Of a DNA stretch of 64,000 bases, positions 38,740 to 49,556 are shown piece by piece. The stretch comes from Lepidodermella squamata (taxonomy: Eukaryota > Animalia > Gastrotricha). A program made the translations under genes and the position numbers. The stretch is taken from positions 2,232,001-2,296,000 of the forward strand of contig JBLDXI010000007.1 in assembly GCA_047495785.1 (NCBI GenBank), in the 5' to 3' direction. Position 1 is the first letter of the stretch. Every line of letters starts with the position of its first letter. The notes under the pieces were generated by a model. The model was not told the DNA's origin and did no database searches. It worked only from the letters and a program-made list of their open reading frames with translations.

Positions 38740-40776
38740 ATGAAGAAAATGTTGTGGGTTTTCTTTCTGATAACCGCAAGTTCAGCCCAATACACCGGCG
38801 TAGATTATGGCATGATGTCTTCGTCAACATCGACATCAACTTCAACGTCGACTACATCTGCTACGACCGAACCGAGTAAAAATGATGCCAATGAGCAACC
38901 TGGGAATAGTAAGCAATCTCAATATCTGCTAGCGAATTCGCAGAACATAACTGCCATAAATGCTTACTGCGACACGCAAATTGCGGATAACGCTGAGAGA
39001 GCGAGCAACACCTCTAGCACGCAGCCTGTTATTCCAATTACAATCGATATGAAAGTAAGCCACTGGAACTTCTCTCAATAGAAATCACAACAAGTGTACC
39101 CTAGCTTATTCTGATTACTGTCAACGAGCTCTCTGATAAGGATGGCACCATCTCTCTTACAGCTCGAATCGACTTTCGATGGTACGATCGCCGCCTGGCT
39201 CTTGTTGATAGTGTTGTAAAGGAGACTTGCAAAGGAGAATCACTGCTGATGAAAACTCAGAACCTCTGGTTTCCATATTTCATCATTCAAAACGGAGCGA
39301 CGTAAGGTTTTCAGCTCACTAATATCGATTATATATCCTTTTCTGCATTATTTCAGAGATGTTTTTTACCCATGGGCTTGGGAGAAGGTATCTTCGAAAT
39401 ATATATCGAATCCCTTGCAAATTTCAATTTGATTTTTTTTCTCAAGTTTCCGGTGTCACTACGGGCCGATGGCTACGTGGACTGGTAAGTTTAGTTACTA
39501 ATGCGGGCGATTTATATTGCTGTTATCGAATTAGGCGAGTTGCGTTCGAATTCAAGCTGACCTGTGACTTTGATTTCACCGTTTTTCCATTCGTAAGTTA
39601 GCTTCACAATCCTTAGCAATAATTTCACCGATTTAATTAGGACAATCAATACTGCTACCTACTCCTGCAATCCCCTCACTACAGCCAAGGCGAACTAAAT
39701 TACACTATTGCAAATAAAGATAGAGGCATCGTTGGCCTTGATGACCAATCAGCAGACCATCCTATGTGGTAAACCCTCCATTAACCGAAAAGAAATATCA
39801 TGAAAGTGTTAAAATGATGTAGGAAAGTTATGGGTCAAACAGTGAGGTACACCGATCAAGTTCCTGGGCTGATGTTTTGCTTCCACTTTCAAAGTAATTT
39901 TGATCAAAAGGTTGGGACTCGTTCAGTTGCTTCTTTTTCAGGGAAGAGCTACTACTACATGTGGACCATTGTTGTACCGATTGGTAAGAGCTTTTCCCAT
40001 AATTTTCAAATATTATAATTTTATATCTTTCAGTCGTGATTTGCCTGCTAACTGGTAAGTTGTCGACTTTACCTACTGATGACTTGAACTTGAACTTCGA
40101 ATTGTGAAACCAGCTACGACATTTGTTGTTCCTGCAAAAGGGGAGGAGAAAATGAGCACTGTTATATCAGCCCTGCTCGCTTTTTTTCTACTCTTTATCC
40201 TCTTTGTCGATGCTATTCCAGCAGATTCGGGCAGGCTTCCTGTCCTGCTCGTTTTCTATATCTTTCAAATCCGTAAGTTTTGGGATGGAAATACTGGAGA
40301 GCGTATATTGGTTTTGATGTCTTCTAGTTCTAACTACCCTTGCGATTATCATTTGTTCTGTCATCATGCGGCTGTTGGGTATCGAGGAGGCAGAGGAGGA
40401 ATTGGCGGAACAAGAAAAAAACGAGGCGTCCAATCACACTTCGGTGAGACCGGCCAACAGGCAGCCAGGCAACCGAGCAGCGTCTCAGCTACAACAGGAC
40501 AAAACAGCGGATCAAAATACCGCACCCTACCATACAAACGTGGTCACACCTTTGCAAATCGTCGAAGCCGCTGCTGCAAAAATGAAGCCGAAGCCGAAAC
40601 GCTGGTGTCGTTGCTTGTCAGCGGATAGATTCAATGAAATAGCGTTGCTGGCTTACATCGTCAGTGTTTTATTTTCTGTTGTAGCGTTCGTCGCTTACGT
40701 TGTCAGCCTAAAGAATGCTGCGAAGCCTCCGTATAATTATTCACCAATCCAAGAATATAGCGTCAATACAGACTAA
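38740..40776 (+). CDS. Cys-loop LGIC subunit LGIC6 (type A, subfamily c)
   Basis: Signal MKKMLWVFFLITASSA; S/T-rich N-terminus; Cys-loop CDFDFTVFPF|DNQYC; M2 GEEKMSTVISALLAFF. Confidence 0.88.
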
Positions 40777-41160
40777 ATATGTAATAAGTATCGAACTGGT
40801 TCTTCAAATAAAATATTTTCCTATCAACGTAAATGTAAGCATTGAGACTAAAAAAGTGGCGTGTCAACGATTTTATTTTCTGCCCTCCGTCGCGAAGATG
40901 ATCGCGAAAAAATGTAGCTGGAATAAATAATGAGTCGGCTGCGAACAATGCTGGCACTAACGAAACGCGATTAATGTAAGGAAAAACATCTGAAAAATTA
41001 ATGAAATACGTGAGAAATATCAAGTCTGTACTACAATCGATCCTGCGACGATCTTACTCCTTTGTTCACTTGAAATGTGTGCGTGATAATAATCATTATG
41101 TCATCTGACCTTCTTAGCGATCTTCTAAGCGCTTATTCATGGATTAAAAGGGTTCAATAA

Positions 41161-43116
41161 ATGACAAATAGAATGAATTTGAAGTGCTTCGCCTTTTTGG
41201 TTTCCGTGATCGGTACCTGGGCGCAGGGCCCCACGCCATCCCCGAATGATGCTGCCGATTCTCCTGGAAGTAGCAGTGAATCGAAGTTTTTGATGGCCAA
41301 CTCTAGGAACATTTCAGCCCTCAACGCCATGTGCGATGCTAGAATCGCCGACAATATAGAAAAATATCCCGAATATGCCAAGACGCAGCCAGTCATTCCT
41401 ATAACTCTCGATATGAAGGTAAAACTTGATGTGGCATATTTTAGCTAATTCATCCTCAATTGATTCAGCTGATCTTGATTACGGTGAACGAGCTGTCCGA
41501 TAAAGACGGGACAGTTTCTCTTACAGCGAGGATCGACTTCCGATGGCACGATAAGCGCTTGTCCCTGGGTGATAAATCAGTTTGTCTGAACGAGACTCTA
41601 TTAACCAAGACCACTAACCTCTGGTTTCCGTATTTCATCATCCAAAATGGAGCAAGGTACGTTTGGAAAAGCTTGTCAAATCATAGATTACTTAATATCG
41701 CTATCAACAGTGATGTGTTCTACCCCTGGGCTTGGGAGAAGGTTTGTTCATTAGTAAAATCAGGGATTAGAGAATAATCATGTATTTCTTTTCATTCCAG
41801 TTTCCTATCAGTCTTAGTGGTAATGGATACGTCGATTGGTAACAATTTTCTCCTTAATTGTCTGACATACGGGAATTGTGAGCTTCCTAGGCGGATTGCT
41901 TTCGAATTCTCCCTGACGTGCGACTTTGACTTCAGCATCTTTCCATTCGTAAGCTTTTAGGCCATGTCAACAAGACGAATCTTACACATTGCTGTTTTAG
42001 GACAGGCAATACTGCCATGTCTTGCTTCAATCGCCCCACTACAGTGCAGGTGAGCTCAATTACACCGTAGCCGACAAGAGCCGAGCTGTGGTGGCGTTTG
42101 ACGATCAATCTGCAGACCATCCGATGTGGTAAGCTATGGCTCAAAACGTCAAACTCCCGTTTTATTGAATAATTTTCCAAGGGATATAATGGGACAGACC
42201 GTCCGTTTCACTAGCCGCGTCCCAGGAATAATGTTCTGTTTGGCATTCAAGAGTAAGATAACAAATGAGAGAAGTTGTTCTAATTAAGGTGAAACGCCTT
42301 TCTCTAGGAAAAACTTACTACTACATTTGGACCATTATAATTCCGATTCGTAAGTCAATAGTCAATAAGCATTGGACCCCGATAAAAATGTTTTCTTTCA
42401 AACAGTTGTGGTGTGCATTCTGACTGGTAAACTCTTTCCCATGAAAGTTCCCGTGAATTAATTTTGAAAAATTTAAGCTTCAACCTTCATCACTCCTGCG
42501 AAGGGGGAGGAGAAAATGACAACTGTGATTACAGCACTTCTCGCTTTTTTCCTCCTTTTCCTGCTGTTTGTCGACGCGATTCCCGCAGATTCTGGACGGG
42601 TTCCAATGCTTTTGATCTTTTACATCTTTCAAATTCGTATGATATATCTTTCATTGTAATTCTGGGATAACAAGTCGCTTTTCAGTCCTAACAACTGTTG
42701 AAGTCATTATCTGTGCTGCAATAATGAGACTCTTAGGTCTTGAAGAGGCCGAGGAGGAAATGGACGCAAGAGAAGCGGAGGAGAATGGCGAAAGTAGCAG
42801 CGCTCGTCGTGCTGGATTCCCAGGAAACCGAACAATGTCATCAAAACCTAACGTGAACGCTATTCTGTATGGTCTTCAGAAAACGAATGCAATCAACCCG
42901 ATATCAGCTGATGACAAAATTGCAGAAAAACCCAAGAATCGAAAGCGAAGATGCATAACTGCTGCTATGTTCAATGAGCTTGCACTGTTGACATATTTGA
43001 TCACTGTTGGCATATCGACGTTTGCTTTTGTTGGTTACGTAGCCAATGTTTCCAAATCAGCTGCGCCTCCTTACACGTATACGCCTATTGAAGAGTATAC
43101 CCTGGGTATTGATTAA
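41161..43116 (+). CDS. Cys-loop LGIC subunit LGIC7 (type A, subfamily c)
   Basis: Signal (start at 41161 or 41173); Cys-loop CDFDFSIFPF|DRQYC; M2 GEEKMTTVITALLAFF. Introns match those of LGIC6. Confidence 0.88.
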
Positions 43117-43294
43117 GACGATACCTTACCGTAGTCTGTCTTTGTTTTGTTCCAATAAACACGTCGATGAGACCCTTTGTTCTAAGTGCGTGATAAAAGG
43201 AGTTTATTAAAAATTGATTCGCACCAAATAAAACATTTAAAGAGAGCGGTATCGGTCGCAAATGCCAAGCTACTAGGTCGAATTTTCCGATAAA

Positions 43295-45186
43295 ATGCTG
43301 CGCTACAATTTCCTGCTCGTGTTAATATTGTTAACGTTAGAATCGAATCAGCAGACTACAGATGAAAGCTTGGATGATTTGTTAGCTACTACGCCCGAAC
43401 CTCCAGAAGATCCTTCAGCCTATGTCAACGAGCCAGTTGAGCCTACAGACGACCCGGACCCTCCATCTCTACCAAGCAATGATCCCAATGATCCCAACGA
43501 GCCTGATTGGGATCCTGAAGAGGAATTAAGCGATAGTGTGGACGACGCGAGTGAAGACGGCAACTCTAAAGTGGCTCAGAGATTGCTGGCAAATTCCGTG
43601 AATCTTACATCTCAAAATGCCCGATGTGACGCAATAATTCTAGACAACTTGTTGAAGAAGACGAAGCTATCCAGAACACAGCCCACAGTTCCTCTAACCC
43701 TAGTTGTTCAGGTAGATGACGGTTAAATGAAGACCCTCATCAGAAAGACATTAGGTTATTGCTTTGCCAGGTCATCGTGATATCGTTTGCAGATCTTGTT
43801 GATGAATCTGGAACACTGAAAGCAACCATTCGCATCGACTTGAAATGGAGAGATCAAAGGCTGGCGATCCCGACCAAGCAGGGATGCAAAGGACAAACAC
43901 TCCTCGTTGCGACTAACCAGCTCTGGTTTCCTTATTTCCTGATCCAAAATGGAGCTAGTGTATGACCATTCAAATAGCTCTGTAAATTCCTAGGATTTAC
44001 CGTTTTTTTCAGGAAATTTTCTACCCACAAGCATTTGAAAGCTTCCCCAGCATCCTAGCTAACGATGGGCGCATTGAATGGTTAGTACAGAAATTAAACT
44101 TTGTTATCATTAATTTTATGTTTTTTCTTTTTCAAGGAGAATGGCGTTTTACCTGGAACTGGCTTGGTAAAAATTGAACTGTTTCATTTTAGTTAGCCAA
44201 ACTAATTTCTTCATGGCGTATTAGTGATATGGACGTGAGGCTTTTCCCGTTCGATAAGCAGCAGTGTAAACTACTCCTTCAATCTCCGCATTCCAAACCT
44301 GGCGAGCTGAACTACACCACCCCTGCTAAAGAAGAATCCGTCGTTTTGTTGACAGACGACGTTGACAACCCAATCTGGGAGTTAACAGGGCAATCAGTCC
44401 AGTTCACAGAACGTGTTCCAGGCCTCCTTTTTTGGATAGAAGTTGCCCGCAAACCGAATTACTACGTCTACACCCTAGCGATACCTTTGAGTAATAATCT
44501 ACCTTTGTATTTCCTGATATTTTAATCCTTTTGATTGTTTTGCAGTTTCGATTTTCCTTCAGACAGCCTCAACGTTCATTTTACCGGCTAATCATGGCGA
44601 GAAGTTATCAACAGCTGGGGCCGGTTTGATGTCCTACTTCTTCATTTTCCTCCTCTTCGCCCAAACAACACCACAAACTGGCAAAGACACCATGCCGATT
44701 CTCATGATTTTCTTTGCCGTTCAAATCATTTTCACAACTGTTGCCGTTGTTGCAACTGCTATCATCGGGCGGTTAGTATGCATCGAAGCTGAGGAAGAGG
44801 TCAAGAATAAGCTGATTCAAGAGGAAGAAGAAAAACTTCGCAGTCTCAGCGATGAGCCGGCAATTCAGCAGAATCAACCCCTTCCTCGCATCTACAGCTC
44901 GTTATTCCATCGATCGAGTGCTAAGGCTAAGATGCAACCTGATTTCAGCAAGAACCCAGACGTCGAAAAGTCAAATCAAGGCGGTCTTGGGAAAATCGCG
45001 CAAAAACTGAACAAATTTCGAATTCATTCTGAACTAGTGAATGACATTTGCCTTCTCGTCTACTCTTGCATTGGTCTCATCTCTGTGATGGTTGTAGCTA
45101 TTTATTTCGTTGTCATGCATCAACAGCTTAGTAACAAATTACCGATCAAAACCACACCGTTAACAGTTTATAAGGCGTCGTCATAG
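43295..45186 (+). CDS. Cys-loop LGIC subunit LGIC8 (type A, subfamily b)
   Basis: Signal MLRYNFLLVLILLTLES; D/E/P-rich N-terminus; Cys-loop CDMDVRLFPFDKQQC; M2 GEKLSTAGAGLMSY. Confidence 0.9.
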
Positions 45187-45239
45187 ATAGAAACAATTAG
45201 CCGAAATAAAGTGCGAGATCAAAAGCTTATGTTATTCTT

Positions 45240-47338
45240 TCATTCGCCGATGGTGTACTCTTGAACTTCTGTCGTTGCCAGATAAGGGCTATTGTCCTTT
45301 GAAGCTCGCTGAACGGCCAAATAAATGCATAGGACAACGACCGAAATGATCGTTAGCAGAAAGAATAGTACAAGGCAGAGGTCGTTAACAAAACCTGCCG
45401 AGAGTAGGAATTTCTTCTTTTTCTTATTCTTCTCATCATGACTCGTTCCATGACCTTCCTCGTTGCCTTTTCCTTCAACAGGCGGCTGAGCAGCTACCTT
45501 ATGTTGGCGCATTATGCTGGACATTCCTCTTCGATTGCGAGATGAAATCAGAATGTTACCATACTCAGCGTTAGGCAAGAAGACACTCCGACGCCGGTCT
45601 TCGGCTGCTTCGACTCCCTCCTGCTCGTCTTCAGCCGTCAAGATTCGAGCAACCATAGCACAGCCGATGACTGCTCCGACCGCCAAAACTAATAAGACAA
45701 CACTTTGACTTGATGATTTTCCTAAGCTAGACACTTACTTATGTTGAATGCATAGAAAGTCATCAAGGCAGGTGTTGATTGTGATGATTGAGGTGTTTGA
45801 GTTGTAAATAGCACGAATAAGAAGAAATACCCCAACAGGCCACTAACCGCCGTGCTAACCTTCTCCTCCCCATCCGCCGGTATTAGGAAAGCAGCGCCAG
45901 TTTGCAGACTCACGGCAACTAAAGTCAATCCCCTTTCAAATAGAATGAAACATGTTTTTTCAATATTACTGATTGGAATGAAAATCGTCCAAGTGTAGTA
46001 CATGGCTTTTCTTTCCAGCTTAATCCAAAACTGAATGCCGGCTACTCGGGATGTAAAGCGTACTGCCTGGCCCTTGATATCCCATATTGGATGGACGTCA
46101 TCTTTATCAAGCTTCACGACAGCTCGGCTTCTGTTGCCGACAGTGTAGTTCAGCTGGCCATAGCTATAATGCGGGGACTAGAAGGGTGAAATAGATGATT
46201 CAGACAGACCCATCTCAAAGAGACAAATCTCACTTGTAGCAGAAGCTGGAAAAGGCAAGGTCAAATAGGATTCCGAACAGAAATCGGGTACTTACCAAGC
46301 AGTATTGATTGTCAAAAGGAAACGTTGAAACATCCGTTTGCTGATAAACGAAGCCAGTTAATTGGCTGAACATTGATTGTTATCAACTTACGGGGCAACT
46401 CAACTCGAGTCTGAAAGCAACCCTCCAGTCTATTTTACCATCGGATGAGACTATTGCCGGATATTTTTCCCATGCATCTGCAAATAGCGAGTTAAAGAAC
46501 ATCAACATTGGTTGAGCCCAGTTATTACCTGGATAGAAAATGTCTTGCGCCCCGTTTTGTACTGAAAATCAAGTACGAGTATACAGAGCATTCTACAAAG
46601 GGCTTAACCATACTTATGAAGTAGGGGAACCACAAACTTTGAGTATCAACCAGCAAACTGTAGCCCTGGCACGATTCGTTTTTGCTTAACGCAAGCCTGC
46701 TATCCGTCCATCGAAAATCCAATCGAGCGGTGATTGTCATAGTCCCCTTAACTACTCAAGAAAGATTCAACAGCCCAATTGGTATATTCATTCTTACCAT
46801 CTGAAACTTCATTCAGTGATATCAGGATGATTTTGACATCGATTGTAGTCGGCATAACTGGTTGAGTTTTGCGATCATCGTTGCGGGCCTCCAGATTCGC
46901 AGCGATCAGTGAGTCACACCTCTTCTTTTCAATGGTCAAATTGGCCGAGTTGAGCATGGTACCTGGAAGACTGCCACCCTCTGAATTAACCGTCTCCCCA
47001 TTAGTATCTTGATAGCTCTGTGAAGGCGCAGATGAGTCGGTTTGAATATTGACGCTGAATGACTGCGTGGCAGTTGCGTAAGGACTAATCCAGCCATTGG
47101 ATGTTGAAATCGAGATTGAATTCGTTGGCGTGAACGTACTGTAGCTACCCGTGGAAGGGTTAGAAAGCAGGATGTCAAGGCTTGATGACGACGCCGTCTC
47201 GTAACTAAAACTCGAGCTTGATGAAGCTATCCCAGAAATCGTCGTTACATCAGTCGATGATTGGGTTGACGAATCCTGAGGGACGACAAGGCTTGACTTC
47301 AGAAGAATGATTAATACCGGAAACATAGTCACATCCAT
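45240..47338 (-). CDS. Cys-loop LGIC subunit LGIC9 (type A, subfamily d)
   Basis: Signal followed by a long S/T-rich N-terminus; LWFPYFI; FPFDNQYC; M2 GEEKVSTAVSGLLGY; 12-nt micro-exon at 46234-46245. Confidence 0.88.
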
Positions 47339-48297
47339 GTTTCAAAAAGTCAAAATGTCAAAATGTTCCATGTTTCCAAAACTGACCAAATTTAATGCCC
47401 GAGCCTGTGACACCCTGGGGCGAATGCACGCAAAATTCGTCATCAATTATTAAACCAATTAGCAACCGTAGACACTTGATTGAATAAAAAGCCATGTGAA
47501 CAATCCCTGTGGACGTTATCTATGAAAAAACATTACAAATCACCTGCGTCATGATAGTAGAACCCACGTTTTCACGGGCGGAAGTGACGCTTTTGAAACA
47601 GCTACACCGCCGTAGCCATAGCCCACTTTTTGTCAATTTATAAACTTTTAAATATTTTATTAAATATTGGAATATGCAATAAGTACCCCATAATTTCTAT
47701 CATTGCCTTTGAAGTGAAAGGTAGAGATCACTACAAATGTTGACACACGTGACCGCTTAAATTGCCAGCACTGAAAAGCATCGTGGAGTAAAGATGACTA
47801 ACAAAAACGATAAACGCATTTACTGTTCTGTGAAAGTAACCTTAAGAAGTGATCTTATGAGTTATTTCCTCCCATTTGCCAGTAATAACAATTGTGACAA
47901 TTTCTCTGTTCCCAATTTCGAGCCAGAGCCGTTAACTGGATTTCGTCATTTATAGATTCAGGTCTATATGGCAATTCAGATTATTTTTCTGAACGTGATT
48001 AAGTCATGCTCTTAAAATTGCTCCAGTACGTTGTTGAGCGATATGCAACGTGAGAATCTCGGTGATAATAAATCGATGAGTAGTGCTGAGAATTTCCTTC
48101 CATACGTCAGTTCTGACATTGCTTCTTCAAAAATGCTCGTTTAATCTTGCTTTCAGCTACTTGAAATAATGCGCTGTTAAGAGGTGCCCTTTATTCAAGT
48201 GTCCAAATAAAAATTTAACTGTAATTAATTTGTGACACGCTTCATTTCGATATTTTTCTGCTGGATGATTCCAGTACACTGTTTTCGTCGCTTTCGC

Positions 48298-49503
48298 ATG
48301 ATAGCGTTCATCTTAGTCTGCGTTTACTTCTTGGCGATTGAACTTGTTGAGGCAACGCCTTTAAGTAGAGAATCGGAAGCTTTTTTGCGACATCGCTTCT
48401 TTAACGAATGCAACGCACATGATGGCTTTTACGATCATAAAATCAACCTGGAGTTGCTGTTTTACGTATTCAATCTCGTTGAATTCAACGAACCAGATGA
48501 GTCGATGTCTATATTTGCAACTCTGAACCTCTGTTGGTCGGATAATTGTGTCAGATGGGATAGGGACATCGAACAAATAGAAATGAAGTCGAAAAAGATC
48601 GCTGACGAAATTCAGAATATCACCCACGTCGCGCTGCCGACTGAGCTCTTCTGGAAACCGGCGATAATACACCGAAACAGCCCTACGAATGTTCAAGCCA
48701 TTGTAGACAATGGGAAAGGACTGTACACCAACATTTTTCGAAACGGATGGATCGAATGGTCGCCAACAGGGACTTGGACAACAGCATGTCCTCTCCATCT
48801 GAAACGATTCCCTTTCGACACCCAAACCTGCATGTTCGCCTTCGAACTATGGGACACCCAGTTTTATACGAATATAACTGTGGCTAATATGATGATCGAC
48901 ATTGAAAATCCTGAAGGGTTCACCACGCCAATGGCAGTATGGCAACTTGTTGAATACCACAGTGAGCTGACTAAAACATGCTATCCGATGGGAAACCCTG
49001 CGATAATCCATTGTTCAGGAGAAGCCCATTACTATTTCACGATCAAACGGAAAGTTGAACCTTACATTTTTGCAATTTTCATCCCAGCGATCTCACTGGT
49101 TGTCCTGCAGATCAGTCCTTTCGCGATGGCTCCACACAACGCCGAAAGAGCTGAATATTCAATCACGATTCTTCTGGCGTTCGCAGTGATTCATGGCCTA
49201 GTTCAAGAGGAAATTCCACACACAGCCGAGATCGTTTATTTTGTAATTTATCTGAATGTCAACATCATGATAGGGACAATATGTACAGTGTATTCGGTGA
49301 TTAGTGTCGGTCTTGCGGAATATCTTGTAACGGAAAGTGGGAAGCCAGTCAAGCTTACGATAGGAAAGTCCAGCTTCTCGCCCTTTCACCGACCGTTTCA
49401 AGTTACCGCGGTGCGATTCATCGATTTTGTAGTTTTTACAATAATATTGATCATTCTCATCATTACGCACGCCATATTTTTCCATTTAATGCTACCCGAC
49501 TAA
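48298..49503 (+). CDS. Intronless Cys-loop LGIC subunit LGIC10 (type B, nAChR/5-HT3-like cation-type)
   Basis: Single ORF. Signal MIAFILVCVYFLAIELVEA; FWKP; Cys-loop CPLHLKRFPFDTQTC; four TM segments; M2 AERAEYSITILLAF. Confidence 0.92.
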   Translation: MIAFILVCVYFLAIELVEATPLSRESEAFLRHRFFNECNAHDGFYDHKINLELLFYVFNLVEFNEPDESMSIFATLNLCWSDNCVRWDRDIEQIEMKSKKIADEIQNITHVALPTELFWKPAIIHRNSPTNVQAIVDNGKGLYTNIFRNGWIEWSPTGTWTTACPLHLKRFPFDTQTCMFAFELWDTQFYTNITVANMMIDIENPEGFTTPMAVWQLVEYHSELTKTCYPMGNPAIIHCSGEAHYYFTIKRKVEPYIFAIFIPAISLVVLQISPFAMAPHNAERAEYSITILLAFAVIHGLVQEEIPHTAEIVYFVIYLNVNIMIGTICTVYSVISVGLAEYLVTESGKPVKLTIGKSSFSPFHRPFQVTAVRFIDFVVFTIILIILIITHAIFFHLMLPD

Positions 49504-49556
49504 TGCCTACACATTTTACGTCATACAAAACTGAAGTTAATAAAATGCATAGGTTC